A stretch of DNA of 46,001 bases from Patescibacteria group bacterium (GCA_038057075.1 JBBUDV010000010.1:14417-60417); one strand, 5' to 3'; shown: positions 1 through 9,983, counted from the stretch's first letter. Notes: a model not told the origin generated them from the sequence alone. Made by a program: numbers and translations.

Positions 1-55
1 GCCTTTCGGCCAGCAGCACCTCAAGCTGCAACGTTTACCATTTCGCCACCCGCGC
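1..55 (-). tRNA. tRNA-Leu(GAG), 3' end truncated by the window edge
   Basis: Reverse complement GCGCGGGTGGCGAAATGGTAAACGTT-GCAGC-TTGAGGT-GCTGC-TGGCCGAAAGGC shows the D-arm, the anticodon arm with GAG and the start of a long variable arm. Confidence 0.9.
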
Positions 56-111
56 AAATTACTTTCAAATTATGCCGAATAAATATTGTTTTTTCAAGAA
101 TATATAAATAT

Positions 112-185
112 GGATCACCGCATGCGCGAGAATGACAGAAAAAAAATAATCCAAAATCAGATTCTTCACTGCGTTCAGAATGACA
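112..185. repeat. Two REP-like short palindromic elements ending in GAATGACA
   Basis: GGATCACCGCATGCGCGAGAATGACA (112-137) and AGATTCTTCACTGCGTTCAGAATGACA (159-185); a degenerate copy of the second lies inside ligA at 42985-43010. Confidence 0.6.
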
Positions 186-276
186 CATTAAAAACTATCT
201 TACTAAAAAACGGGCGAAAGCCCGCATTTTTAAATTTCTACGTAAGTCCGCGATTCAGTCCGCGTAGTTCCGCGTC

Positions 277-600
277 CTAGGCCGCAACGCCGATTTTTTC
301 GCGGGATTTTTTCTTGGAAAGTTTTCTCAAGAAATAAAGTTTGGCTCTCCTGACTTTTTTAGGAGCGGTCAAAATTTCAACTTTACTGATAATCGGGGAA
401 TAAAAAGGATAAACCTTTTCCATGCCTACTCCGGCGACAGTGGAGCGCACCGTAAAAGTGGCGCCTGTTTCTTTGCCGTGTTTTACGGCAAGAACTACGC
501 CTTGAAATTTACTGGTTCTTTCCTTGTCGCCTTCTTTTATTCTTTCCCAAACCCTGACGGTCGCGCCTGGTTTGATTTTTTCAATAATTTCTTTTTTCAT
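277..600 (-). CDS. rplS: 50S ribosomal protein L19
   Basis: Motifs KEGDKER..F.GVVLA, TFTVR..GVGMEK.P, KVRRAKLYFLR. Confidence 0.97.
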   Translation of the reverse strand: MKKEIIEKIKPGATVRVWERIKEGDKERTSKFQGVVLAVKHGKETGATFTVRSTVAGVGMEKVYPFYSPIISKVEILTAPKKVRRAKLYFLRKLSKKKSREKIGVAA

Positions 601-610
601 AACAGCTTCA

Positions 611-639
611 ATACTATTAAATATTCACTTTTCTGTCAA
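611..639 (-). promoter_or_regulatory. sigma70 promoter of rplS (very short leader)
   Basis: TTGACA (639-634)-N17-TAGTAT (616-611); the -10 box ends 10 nt before the ATG and there is no SD. Confidence 0.75.
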
Positions 640-643
640 TAAT

Positions 644-1408
644 TCAGGGCTCTAAATTTTTTAGTACGCTTTTTAAATCTTTCGGCTGTTCAGCTTCAAT
701 TCTCATCCGCTTGCCTTCTTCAGTTGCGAATTCCAATGACTCGGCGTGAAGAAACTGGCGTTTCAAACCGAGCGGGTTTTCTTTTGCTCCATAAAGAGAG
801 TCGCCGACGATTGAATGTCCGATTGAAGCCAGATGAATCCTGATTTGATGAGTTCTTCCTGTTTTAGGACTCACTTTGACTAAAGAAAAATACTTTACGT
901 TTCCTTTTTCATTCTCGCCTGCGCCGAGGCTTCGACGGGCAGGTATAAATTCAAATGTCTTTAAGACCTCGTATTCCGTGAGCGCTTCTTTTTCCATTTT
1001 CCCGCCGTGAACCGTTCTTTTTGTCGTGCCGGCTTTCAAACTGATAGGTTTTTCAATTATTCCTTTTTCATTTTTTAATTTTCCAAAAACCAGCGCTAAA
1101 TAATTTTTTTGAACCAGATGATTTTGGAAAAGTTTTTTCAAGTATTCAAAATATTTTTGATTTCTGGCGATTAAAATAACGCCTGAAGTGTCTCTATCCA
1201 AGCGATGGACAATGCCCGGCCGCAAATTAATTTGTCCTGAGCCTGCCGAAGGATCACCGACATTTTTTATTTCCGGATATTTTTCAACTAACCAATCAAC
1301 TAAGGTTTTTTCTTTTGAATTCACAGTGGGATGAACCAAAAGACCAGCCGGTTTGTTTACGGCAATAAAATTTTCATCTTCATAAATTATTTGAGGCGCT
1401 TTATCCAT
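644..1408 (-). CDS. RluA/RluD-family pseudouridine synthase
   Basis: NKPAGLLVHP, HRLDRDTSG (catalytic Asp), TGRTHQIR, GDSLYG, LHA motifs. Confidence 0.95.
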   Translation of the reverse strand: MDKAPQIIYEDENFIAVNKPAGLLVHPTVNSKEKTLVDWLVEKYPEIKNVGDPSAGSGQINLRPGIVHRLDRDTSGVILIARNQKYFEYLKKLFQNHLVQKNYLALVFGKLKNEKGIIEKPISLKAGTTKRTVHGGKMEKEALTEYEVLKTFEFIPARRSLGAGENEKGNVKYFSLVKVSPKTGRTHQIRIHLASIGHSIVGDSLYGAKENPLGLKRQFLHAESLEFATEEGKRMRIEAEQPKDLKSVLKNLEP

Positions 1409-1470
1409 TGATAAATTTTAACACGAAAAAAAGAGGCAGCTAAATAGCCGCCCAATCGTAAAATTGACAC

Positions 1471-1719
1471 TTATCTGATGGAAAGGGGTTTGTGAGGAAC
1501 GATCTCGGCGAAGCAGGCGAGGATCTGCATGGTAATGCCGCGCGCCGTCCGGAATTTGAGAGCCGGCCCTTTTTTTGTCGGCACAACATCATGCACCGTT
1601 ACCACTTTCCCGATGAGGGGCCTCATTTGGGCGTGGTCCTGAACCTTCGAATCATTCAGGATTTTCGCCATAAATGGTACCTCCACCTTTTTGCCCTGTA
1701 GTTCCTGTAGCGCTGTCAT
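1471..1719 (-). CDS. Hypothetical small protein (82 aa from the SD-preceded ATG)
   Basis: GAAAGGAG upstream of the ATG at 1719; own promoter at 1845-1873; hairpin at about 1428-1452 downstream. Confidence 0.6.
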   Translation of the reverse strand: MTALQELQGKKVEVPFMAKILNDSKVQDHAQMRPLIGKVVTVHDVVPTKKGPALKFRTARGITMQILACFAEIVPHKPLSIR

Positions 1720-1844
1720 ATTGCTCCTTTCTTGTTTTCCGAGATTAGAACCGCCTTTTTGAAGCCCCGAACCACTAAAGCTTAACAATATTCGGCTTGA
1801 TAACCACCCCCTCTCGTTTAACTTATTATAAAGAACTTATTTTT

Positions 1845-1873
1845 ATATTAACAAAAATTCCAAAAAAGGTCAA
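1845..1873 (-). promoter_or_regulatory. sigma70 promoter abutting a MITE end
   Basis: TTGACC-N17-TAATAT with a TG extension; the -35 box begins immediately at the MITE terminus. Confidence 0.65.
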
Positions 1874-2010
1874 TCCCTCACCCTTCAAATACGTCATTTT
1901 TATAAAACCTTTTACAAAATCTGCATTTTAAACCAAAAATTAACATTTATTTTAAAATCCTTGTTTTTTAAGCAAAATGTCTGGGTTTTCGGTATTTGAA
2001 GGGTGAGGGA
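1874..2010. mobile_element. MITE family A, copy 1 (137 bp)
   Basis: Terminal inverted repeats TCCCTCACCCTTCAAATAC...GTATTTGAAGGGTGAGGGA; homologous along its whole length to an inverted copy at 15803-15939. Confidence 0.85.
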
Positions 2011-3102
2011 TTACTTCTTCACCTTCAAAACAATCCTTTTATCCTCGGGTTTGAGAGAATCTATTACAAATTGATATTTTTCCCCGATTTCCAAATGTTT
2101 TTTTAATTCGTCTAAAGAGCCAAATTCGGAAACATGGATTGAACCGAATAAATTTTCTCCCAAATCAACGTAAGCGCCGAACGGGTTGGTTTTGTAAATT
2201 GAACCTTCCACCTCCTGCCCCTCTTTGAATTTTTCAGATACGGTTTCCCACGGGTTTGTCTTTAACGCTTTAAGCGATAGAAAAATTTTGTCGTCTTTTA
2301 TTTCGATTATTTTGGCTTTAACGGTCTCGTCAACTTTGACTATTTCTTTAGGATTTTCAATTAAACGCCAATCAAGCTCTGAAATATGGATAAGGCCTTC
2401 AACACTCGGATTGTCAACAAATCGGACAAAAGCGCCGAAATCGGCGATGCCGGAAATAATTCCGTCAATAATGTCGTTGACTTTGTATTTATTGATAAGC
2501 TCTTTAATGTTTTCCTCAACCGCCTCTTTTTCGGAAATTATCAGTTTATTGGTTCTGGAATTAACGTCAATGATTTTAACTTTCAATTCCTCGCCGACGA
2601 ATTTCTTAAGTTCGGCCAAAATTTTGTTTTGGTCGCCTTTTTCAATGCGAGGATAATGCTGGCTGGACAATTGAGAAACCGGCAAAAACGCTTTGATTTC
2701 ATTGATTTCGGAAATCAAGCCGCCAGTATTGGCGCCTTTAATTTTCACCGTTATCGCTTCGCCGCTTTCTTTTATATCTTTTAACGCCTGCCAATTCTTT
2801 TGAGATTGGGCATTAACTAAAGAAAGTTCTATAAAACCTTCTTCGTTTTCCAAGTCAATGACTTTGGCGCTGACGGAATCGCCGGCATTCATGCTTTTTA
2901 TAATATCCCTGGCATTGGATAGTTCCGCGCCGTAAACGACGCCTGTGCCGTACTTGCCCAAATCAAAGAAAACCGCTTTGGCGGTTTTTGCCAAAAGCTT
3001 AACTTCCAATAAATCGCCTTCCTTTAAAAAGGATATGAGGTTTGTTTCGGTCTTGGCCAATTGCCCCATCGGCGACGTGTTTTTTACTTCAGTTATTACC
3101 AT
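2011..3102 (-). CDS. rpsA: 30S ribosomal protein S1 (four S1 domains)
   Basis: Repeated S1 motifs AFLPVSQL, FGAFV..EGLIHISELDW, LSLKAL, FGAYV..IHVSE. Confidence 0.88.
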   Translation of the reverse strand: MVITEVKNTSPMGQLAKTETNLISFLKEGDLLEVKLLAKTAKAVFFDLGKYGTGVVYGAELSNARDIIKSMNAGDSVSAKVIDLENEEGFIELSLVNAQSQKNWQALKDIKESGEAITVKIKGANTGGLISEINEIKAFLPVSQLSSQHYPRIEKGDQNKILAELKKFVGEELKVKIIDVNSRTNKLIISEKEAVEENIKELINKYKVNDIIDGIISGIADFGAFVRFVDNPSVEGLIHISELDWRLIENPKEIVKVDETVKAKIIEIKDDKIFLSLKALKTNPWETVSEKFKEGQEVEGSIYKTNPFGAYVDLGENLFGSIHVSEFGSLDELKKHLEIGEKYQFVIDSLKPEDKRIVLKVKK

Positions 3103-3231
3103 ATTAAAAAACCAATTCTAACCGTTATTTAATTGAAAATCAAGTGGAAACCTGATAAAATAAATAAAGATAACAAATCAAGAATTAAATAAATAATCTC
3201 TGAAATAAGGGATTATATTTATTTTAAAACC

Positions 3232-3864
3232 ATGGTTATTTCCTTTTACGGAGAAGATTGCTTTAAAATCCAATCCGGAGACCTGACAATTTTAACGGAC
3301 CCGCTGGACCCTGAAATCGGATTGACGCCGACTCGCTTTAAATATGACGCGCTGATAAAAACAATTTCGCCTTTTCCGCCATCGGCAGAAACAGATTTTG
3401 ACAAACAAGAAACGTTAAATATCATCGGCCCGGGGGAATATAATTTTAAAGGGATGAATATTTACGGCTACGCGCTTGAAAACGAGTCAACCGATAAATT
3501 CCTCAAAACCGTTTATATTATAAATATTGAGGAAATAAAATTGGCTTTTTTGGGGCACATCTCCGAAATCCCCTCGCCGTCGGTTATGGAACATCTTGAA
3601 GAAATAGATATTTTGATATTGCCCGGAGGCGGAGAACCGTTTCTTGAACAGAAAAAAGCGATAAAACTGATTCGCCAGATACAACCAAAAATAGCGATAC
3701 CGGCTTTTTACAAAATTCCGGGACTTAAAAGAAAAACTGACGATTTAAAAACTTTTCTCAACGAATTTGGAAAAGAAAAAACGGAGACGCAGGAAAAATT
3801 AACCGTTAAGAAAAAAGATTTGAATAACATGAAGCCGACTCAAATCGTTGTGTTAAAAATCTAA
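3232..3864 (+). CDS. Metallo-beta-lactamase-fold protein with a degenerate metal site
   Basis: N-terminal ISFYGEDCFKI..ILTDP, GPGEY, IDILILPGGG, IRQIQPKIAIP; the HxHxDH motif is absent. Confidence 0.8.
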   Translation: MVISFYGEDCFKIQSGDLTILTDPLDPEIGLTPTRFKYDALIKTISPFPPSAETDFDKQETLNIIGPGEYNFKGMNIYGYALENESTDKFLKTVYIINIEEIKLAFLGHISEIPSPSVMEHLEEIDILILPGGGEPFLEQKKAIKLIRQIQPKIAIPAFYKIPGLKRKTDDLKTFLNEFGKEKTETQEKLTVKKKDLNNMKPTQIVVLKI

Positions 3865-3868
3865 ATAA

Positions 3869-4183
3869 ATGTTTCAAAATTTTTTGGAAAAAATAAGAAA
3901 TGACAATGAAAGACGGAAAAAACGGCTGTTAATAGTGCTAACCGGCGTTGTCATGCTCATTATAATAGCGTCATGGATGTATTATATGAATTCTTTTGTT
4001 TTAAACGCTCCGGGTGAAGAAACAACCAGTGAAATAAGAACTGATTTCTGGGCGGGTTTTAAAACCGGATTTGGCGTCACGCTCCGAAATATTAAATCAA
4101 AAATAGAAAATATTACATCAGAAACACTCTTAAAAATACCGAATTTTGGCAAAGAAAATAAAATTACGATAGAAAATAAATAA
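3869..4183 (+). CDS. Hypothetical single-pass membrane protein
   Basis: Basic stretch RRKKR followed by one hydrophobic helix; operonic spacing between the MBL gene and gyrA. Confidence 0.7.
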   Translation: MFQNFLEKIRNDNERRKKRLLIVLTGVVMLIIIASWMYYMNSFVLNAPGEETTSEIRTDFWAGFKTGFGVTLRNIKSKIENITSETLLKIPNFGKENKITIENK

Positions 4184-4207
4184 TCTACGAATAACGAATA
4201 AATACAA

Positions 4208-7200
4208 ATGGCAGAAAACCAAAATCAAAAAATTGAAAAGAGGGAAATTTCCGACGAACTTCAGGAGTCGTATCTTGATTACGCGATGTCGGTTATTGTT
4301 TCACGCGCTTTGCCGGATGTTCGAGACGGCCTAAAACCCGTTCAAAGAAGAATTTTGTGGGCGATGTGGGAATCAGGCCTCCGCGCGTCGGCAAAATACA
4401 GAAAATCCGCCTCCGTTATCGGCGATGTTTTAAAAAGTTACCATCCGCACGGAGATATTTCCGTTTATGACGCAATGGTAAGAATGGCGCAAAATTTTTC
4501 TTTGCGCTATCCGCTGGTTGACGGACAAGGAAATTTTGGATGTTTTACAAAAGATACGGAAGTTAAATTAACAGATGGACGCGATTTAAGTTTCGGCGAA
4601 CTCGTCAAAGAGTTTAAAAAAGGCAAAAAAAATTATACTTACACAATCAATTCTTCAGGGTCTATATCTATTGGAGAAATCAAATGTCCGCGATTAACAA
4701 AAAGAAATGCCGAGCTTATAAAAATTGTTTTAGATACGGGCAATGAAATAAAGTGTACGCCAAACCATTTATTCATGTTAAAAGACACCTCTTATAAAGA
4801 GGCGCGAAATTTGACTCCCAACGATTCTTTAATGCCTTTTTATCACCGATTATCCGAAACCGCCGATCGCCTAAACAGAAAGGGTTATGTATTAATTTAT
4901 CAGCCCAAAACCGATACATGGGTCCCTGCGCATCATTTGGCGGATAATTACAATCTCACCCATAAAATATATTTAAAGAACGCGGGAAGGGTAAGACACC
5001 ATGCGGATTTTAACAAATTAAACAACAGCCCTGAAAATATCGCGAGAAAACATTGGGGCGAACATTGGAAACTACATTATGTTCATGCGTCCGAACAGCA
5101 TAAAAACCCCGAGTACAGAGAGAAAATAGCGGCTGGTCGCAAAAAATACTGGGATAATCCGTCCACTAAAATTAAATACGCAAAATTACTCTCTAAAAGA
5201 AACGTTAAAAATTGGCAAAACCCGGAATACAGGGGAAAAATGCGCCAATTTTTAAGCGATGTAAATAAAAAATTCATTCAAGAACATCCGGAAAAAAGAC
5301 AAGAGTTTAGCGAAAGGGCCACTAAAACATTGAAGCGGCTTTGGCAAAATCCCGAATACCGCGCTTTTATGCATGAAAAAATAATAAAGGGAAATAAAAA
5401 CCATCAAACCAATACGACGGGTAAGTTGAAATTTATAAACATTTGCAAAGAAATTTTAAACCTGAATCAGGATCTGAACGAAAAAAATTATGAAATAACG
5501 AGAAAAAAAGTTTATCCTTACGGCGCCGCTACGATGTGGCAAACCGGATTAAACAAATACTTCCAAAACAATCCTGATCTAATCCGCCAAGAAATCAATC
5601 AGAACCACAGGATTATTAAAGTTGAAAATCTTCAAAAAACGGAAGATGTTTACGACCTCACTATTGATGAAACTCATAATTTCTGCTTAGGAAGCGGGAT
5701 TTTTGTCCATAATTCAATTGACGGAGACTCGGCCGCCGCTTACAGATACACCGAAGCGCGACTTTCAAAAATCGCCGAAGAATTTCTCACTGACATAGAA
5801 AAAGAAACAATTGACTGGATTCCCAATTATGACGGCTCAACCCAAGAACCCAAAGTCCTTCCGTCAAAATTGCCGGCTCTTCTTCTTAACGGCACATCGG
5901 GAATCGCGGTCGGGATGGCGACAAATATTCCTCCTCACAATTTAAAGGAGGTTATTGAGGCCGCTATGCACTTGATAGACGATCCAAAATTAAACACGGA
6001 CGACTTGCTGCAATTTGTAAAAGGCCCCGATTTTCCGACAGGCGGAACCATATATGATAAAAAGGCCATTGCCGAGGCCTATTCCACCGGAAGAGGAGGC
6101 GTTACTTGCCGAGCCGTTTCCGAAATACAAGAAAGAAAAAACGGGCAATTTAACATCGTCATCAGTGAAATCCCCTATCAAGTTAATAAATCAGAATTAA
6201 TTATTAAAATCGCGGAATTGGTTCAGGAAAAGAAAGTTGAGGGAATTAAAGATTTAAGAGACGAAAGCGGACGCGAAGAAAACGTAAGAATAGTAATTGA
6301 ATTAAAAAGCGACGCCTCTCCGCAGAAAATTTTAAACCAATTGTATAAACACACCGATCTCCAGAAAAATTTCAATTATAATATGATTGCTTTGACAACC
6401 AACGGGCTTCAGCCCCAACTTTTATCGCTAAAAGAAATTTTAGAGGCCTATATTGACCACAGAAAAGAAGTGGTAAGACGCAGAGCGGAATTTGATTTAA
6501 AAAAGGCCAAAGAAAGAGCCCATATTTTGGAAGGATTGGCAAAAGCGCTCGCCATTATTGATAAAATTATAGCGGCTATTAAAAAATCAAACGATAAAGA
6601 AGAAGCCCACAAAAATTTAATCGCTAAATTCAATCTTTCCGCTCTCCAAGCAACGGCTATTTTGGAAATGCGGCTGCAAACATTGGCGGCGCTTGAAGCT
6701 AAAAAAATAGACGAGGAATTAAAAGAAAAGAAAAAAATAATAGCGGAATTGGAATTGCTTTTAAAAAGCCCGGCGAAAATATTGAAAGTTATCAAGGACG
6801 AATTAACAGGGCTTAAAGAAAAATACGGAGACGAACGCAAAACCAAAGTTATCTCCGGCGGACTGAAAGAATTCAAAGAAGAGGACTTAGTGCCCGAAGA
6901 AGAGGTTGTTATAGCCCTTTCCCAGGGCGGCTACATAAAGCGCGTTGTTGAAGACACTTTCAAAAGCCAAAAAAGAGGCGGCAAGGGGCTGATCGGTTCA
7001 GAAGTCAACGAAGAAGATTTTTTGACTAATTTTATAACCGCCAACACGCACGACAATATTTTATTTTTCACGGACCAGGGCAGAGTTTTCCAGACCAAGG
7101 TTTATGAAATTCCGCAAGGCAGTAGAACCTCAAAAGGAAAGCTGGTACAAAATTTTCTTGAAATTCCTCCCGAGGAAAAAATCAGCGCCATCGTTGCTTA

Positions 7201-7840
7201 CCCGTCAAACGAAAAATCAGCCAAAGGAAAATTTTTGGTAATGATTACCAAGAACGGAACAATTAAAAAGACCGCAGTGGAAGATTTTAACAATATAAGG
7301 CGCTCGGGAATTATCGCCATCAATTTACAAAAAGACGACTCTCTTAAAAGCGTTAAATTATCATCGGGAAAAGACGAGATAATCATTACAACTGCCATGG
7401 GCCAAGCAATAAGATTTAAAGAATCTCAATTAAAATCTTTAGGCAGAAGCGCCGCGGGCGTACGCGCGATAAAACTTAAAAAGAACGATGGCATTTCCGG
7501 ATTTGACATAATAAGAGAAGAAGAAAAACAAAAAATCAAAGATCAAAAACTGTTAGTCGTCACCGAAACCGGCTTTGCAAAACAAACCGCTTTAAAAGAA
7601 TACAAAACCCAAAGCCGCGGAGGAAAAGGAATTAAAACCGCCAAAATAACGGCCAAAACCGGATTGATAGTTTCCAGCCAAATAATAAAAGCCGAAGAAG
7701 AACTTATCGCGATTTCCGCAAAAGGCCAAGTGCTCAGGACCAAACTTTCCAGCATCAGAAGCGCAGGCAGAGCGACCAGCGGCGTCAGAATAATGAAACT
7801 CAAAGAAAAAGACAGGATTGCCGGAATTGTAACGCTGTAA
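4208..7840 (+). CDS. gyrA: DNA gyrase subunit A containing an intein
   Basis: RALPDVRDGLKPV, YHPHGD, AAYRYTE (catalytic Tyr), GyrA-box QKRGGKG, C-terminal pinwheel repeats; 1210 aa because of the insert. Confidence 0.97.
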   Translation: MAENQNQKIEKREISDELQESYLDYAMSVIVSRALPDVRDGLKPVQRRILWAMWESGLRASAKYRKSASVIGDVLKSYHPHGDISVYDAMVRMAQNFSLRYPLVDGQGNFGCFTKDTEVKLTDGRDLSFGELVKEFKKGKKNYTYTINSSGSISIGEIKCPRLTKRNAELIKIVLDTGNEIKCTPNHLFMLKDTSYKEARNLTPNDSLMPFYHRLSETADRLNRKGYVLIYQPKTDTWVPAHHLADNYNLTHKIYLKNAGRVRHHADFNKLNNSPENIARKHWGEHWKLHYVHASEQHKNPEYREKIAAGRKKYWDNPSTKIKYAKLLSKRNVKNWQNPEYRGKMRQFLSDVNKKFIQEHPEKRQEFSERATKTLKRLWQNPEYRAFMHEKIIKGNKNHQTNTTGKLKFINICKEILNLNQDLNEKNYEITRKKVYPYGAATMWQTGLNKYFQNNPDLIRQEINQNHRIIKVENLQKTEDVYDLTIDETHNFCLGSGIFVHNSIDGDSAAAYRYTEARLSKIAEEFLTDIEKETIDWIPNYDGSTQEPKVLPSKLPALLLNGTSGIAVGMATNIPPHNLKEVIEAAMHLIDDPKLNTDDLLQFVKGPDFPTGGTIYDKKAIAEAYSTGRGGVTCRAVSEIQERKNGQFNIVISEIPYQVNKSELIIKIAELVQEKKVEGIKDLRDESGREENVRIVIELKSDASPQKILNQLYKHTDLQKNFNYNMIALTTNGLQPQLLSLKEILEAYIDHRKEVVRRRAEFDLKKAKERAHILEGLAKALAIIDKIIAAIKKSNDKEEAHKNLIAKFNLSALQATAILEMRLQTLAALEAKKIDEELKEKKKIIAELELLLKSPAKILKVIKDELTGLKEKYGDERKTKVISGGLKEFKEEDLVPEEEVVIALSQGGYIKRVVEDTFKSQKRGGKGLIGSEVNEEDFLTNFITANTHDNILFFTDQGRVFQTKVYEIPQGSRTSKGKLVQNFLEIPPEEKISAIVAYPSNEKSAKGKFLVMITKNGTIKKTAVEDFNNIRRSGIIAINLQKDDSLKSVKLSSGKDEIIITTAMGQAIRFKESQLKSLGRSAAGVRAIKLKKNDGISGFDIIREEEKQKIKDQKLLVVTETGFAKQTALKEYKTQSRGGKGIKTAKITAKTGLIVSSQIIKAEEELIAISAKGQVLRTKLSSIRSAGRATSGVRIMKLKEKDRIAGIVTL
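4541..5713 (+). mobile_element. Intein (391 aa) with HNH-type homing endonuclease in GyrA
   Basis: Junctions GNFG|CFT... and ...IFVHN|SIDGD; block B CTPNH; block F VYDLTI; internal HH..FNKLNN..N...H and repeated W.NPEYR motifs. Confidence 0.93.
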
Positions 7841-7866
7841 GTGGAATTTATGCTATTATTTATATT

Positions 7867-9153
7867 ATGACTCTTACGAGAAACCAACTTATAGTGCTCG
7901 GGGCCGCGGCGTTTATTGTTTTATTTTTGATTTTGGGTTTTTTGGGAGTAATACCGATATTTAAATCCGGCCAAGAAACTTCGCAAGGCGTTCCACAAGA
8001 AGCAACCCTAATCTTATGGGGGATTGACCCGAGTGAAAACTTTAAAGGAGTTTTGGAAAATTATCTTAACGCTTATAAAAACGTAAGAGTTGATTATCAA
8101 CAGATAGATGAAAAAACATACGAAAACACTTTGTTAAACGCATGGGCAACCGGAAAAGGACCTGATGTATTTATGTTTCACAGAAGCTGGATGTATCGGC
8201 AGGGAGATAAGGTGGTTCCAGTTCCGGACGCCAAACTTTCCCTTTATAATCTGCGGCAATTATTCCCGGACGTGATTGAAAATGATTTTACTTTTCAGGG
8301 AAAAATTTACGCTTTGCCTTTATATCTTGATTCTCTGGCGCTTTTTTACAATAAAGACATTTTTAACTCAAAGGGAATCGCTTTGACGCCGACCACTTGG
8401 AATGATTTCAAAAATCTGATTAAACCGCTCACGGAATTTGATTTCAGCCGTCAAATCAAAAAATCGGCCGCGGCCATCGGCGGTTCCGCAAAATCAATAA
8501 ATAAAGCCCCTGACCTTTTATCACTTTTAATGCTTCAATTCGGCTCCTATGTCGTTAATCCGGATAATTTAAAAGTTGAATTTGACCAAAAATCATTTGA
8601 GGCGCTCAATTTTTACCTTCAATTCGCGACTCCTTCAAATCCTTATTACACCTGGACCGATTCATTCGGCAACTCCATTGATTCATTCGCTTCCGGAGAC
8701 GCGGCGATGATTTTCAATTACGCCAAAGAAATTCCGCTCATAAAGCAAAAAAATCCTTTTTTGAATTTTAGCGTTACGGGCATGCCTCAGTTTAATTTAA
8801 ACCAGCCGATAAATTACGCCGATTATTGGGGATTGGCGGTTTCCCAACAAAGCGTCAAACAAAATTTGGCCTGGGATTTTATAATTTTTATGACAACAAA
8901 TCAGATAAACGCGGAAGTTTACGCTCGGGATTCGGGATTGCCGCCGGCTTTAAGAATTTTGATAAACAAATATTTAACAGATTCCAATCTCGGAACATTC
9001 GCGAAGCAGGCGCTCTCAAGCAAGTCGTTCCATCAAAAAGATTATCGTATTTTTGGTCAGACGTTTTCCAATATGATAGAATCCGTATTAAGCGGAAAAC
9101 AAACGGCTCTGGACGCCTTGGATTCCGTATCTAACGCCATTAATTCTTTATGA
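7867..9153 (+). CDS. Membrane-anchored extracellular solute-binding protein (family 1, sugar-type)
   Basis: N-terminal TM helix; GKGPDVF, GKIYALP, LFYNKDIF, PTTW, FASGDAAM, AWDFI motifs. Confidence 0.88.
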   Translation: MTLTRNQLIVLGAAAFIVLFLILGFLGVIPIFKSGQETSQGVPQEATLILWGIDPSENFKGVLENYLNAYKNVRVDYQQIDEKTYENTLLNAWATGKGPDVFMFHRSWMYRQGDKVVPVPDAKLSLYNLRQLFPDVIENDFTFQGKIYALPLYLDSLALFYNKDIFNSKGIALTPTTWNDFKNLIKPLTEFDFSRQIKKSAAAIGGSAKSINKAPDLLSLLMLQFGSYVVNPDNLKVEFDQKSFEALNFYLQFATPSNPYYTWTDSFGNSIDSFASGDAAMIFNYAKEIPLIKQKNPFLNFSVTGMPQFNLNQPINYADYWGLAVSQQSVKQNLAWDFIIFMTTNQINAEVYARDSGLPPALRILINKYLTDSNLGTFAKQALSSKSFHQKDYRIFGQTFSNMIESVLSGKQTALDALDSVSNAINSL

Positions 9154-9548
9154 CGATTATTTTAAATAAAATAAAATTCATATTTTTGTTGTTTTTGTTC
9201 GGGTTCTTTCCGCTTTTTGCTTCGGCCGCCCTGGTGCCTTGCGGTCCCGGAGTCGGCAAAGAATGCACTTTATGCGATTTTGGCCAACTAATCCAAAACA
9301 TTATTAATTTCGGCATCGGCATCGCCATGGTTTTAGGCACGGCGTTTATTATTTACGGCGGGTTTTTAATTATTACCGCCGGAGGAAGTCCTGAACGCGT
9401 TCAAAGCGGCAGAAAAGCGATTATCTCCGCAATCGCGGGCATTGCCATTGTTCTTGGCGCCTGGCTTATAGTTGACACTATTTTAAAACTTTTAACGGGA
9501 AGCGGCTCTATAAAAGGATGGGGGCCGTGGAATCAGATACCCTGCTGA
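9150..9548 (+). CDS. CPR-type pilin (VirB2/TrbC-like) with Cys motif
   Basis: Signal peptide, LVPCG...ECTLCD, two TM helices around ITAGGSPERVQSGRKAI. Confidence 0.82.
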   Translation: MTIILNKIKFIFLLFLFGFFPLFASAALVPCGPGVGKECTLCDFGQLIQNIINFGIGIAMVLGTAFIIYGGFLIITAGGSPERVQSGRKAIISAIAGIAIVLGAWLIVDTILKLLTGSGSIKGWGPWNQIPC

Positions 9549-9582
9549 TTTGTTTATTTTATTTTTTTAAAATATAATTTAA

Positions 9583-9948
9583 ATGATGGATAAAATTTTG
9601 TTAAAATTTCTAACTTTAATTAATATCCGCAAGGCACAGGCCTTAGATATAGGCGGCGATACCAGTAGCAATGGCAAAAGCGGATTAACTTTTAAAAACC
9701 CTTTGGGCGAAGGAACCACTATTTTTAGCTTACTTGATAGAATAGTAGATTACTTAATTTATATAGCCGTTCCGATAACGACAATAATGATTTTTTACGG
9801 AGCTTTTCAGATTCTGACCGCGGCCGGAAATCCCGAGAAAGCAAAGGCGGGAAGAGCTACGGTTTTATACGCGGCGATGGGATTGGGAATCGTGATAATA
9901 AGCAAAGGCGTCAGTTATATTATTAAAGAAATTTTGGGAGCGAAATAA
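9583..9948 (+). CDS. CPR-type pilin (VirB2/TrbC-like)
   Basis: NPL motif, IFYGAFQILTAAGNPEKAKAGR between two TM helices. Confidence 0.82.
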   Translation: MMDKILLKFLTLINIRKAQALDIGGDTSSNGKSGLTFKNPLGEGTTIFSLLDRIVDYLIYIAVPITTIMIFYGAFQILTAAGNPEKAKAGRATVLYAAMGLGIVIISKGVSYIIKEILGAK

Positions 9949-9983
9949 AAGATAAAAAGGTCGAGTAAAACAAATAAAAATTC

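Noticed and set aside
86-280. 64-aa ORF upstream of the tRNA
   Set aside because: Made of REP-like repeats and a terminator-like hairpin; TTG start with no supporting signals
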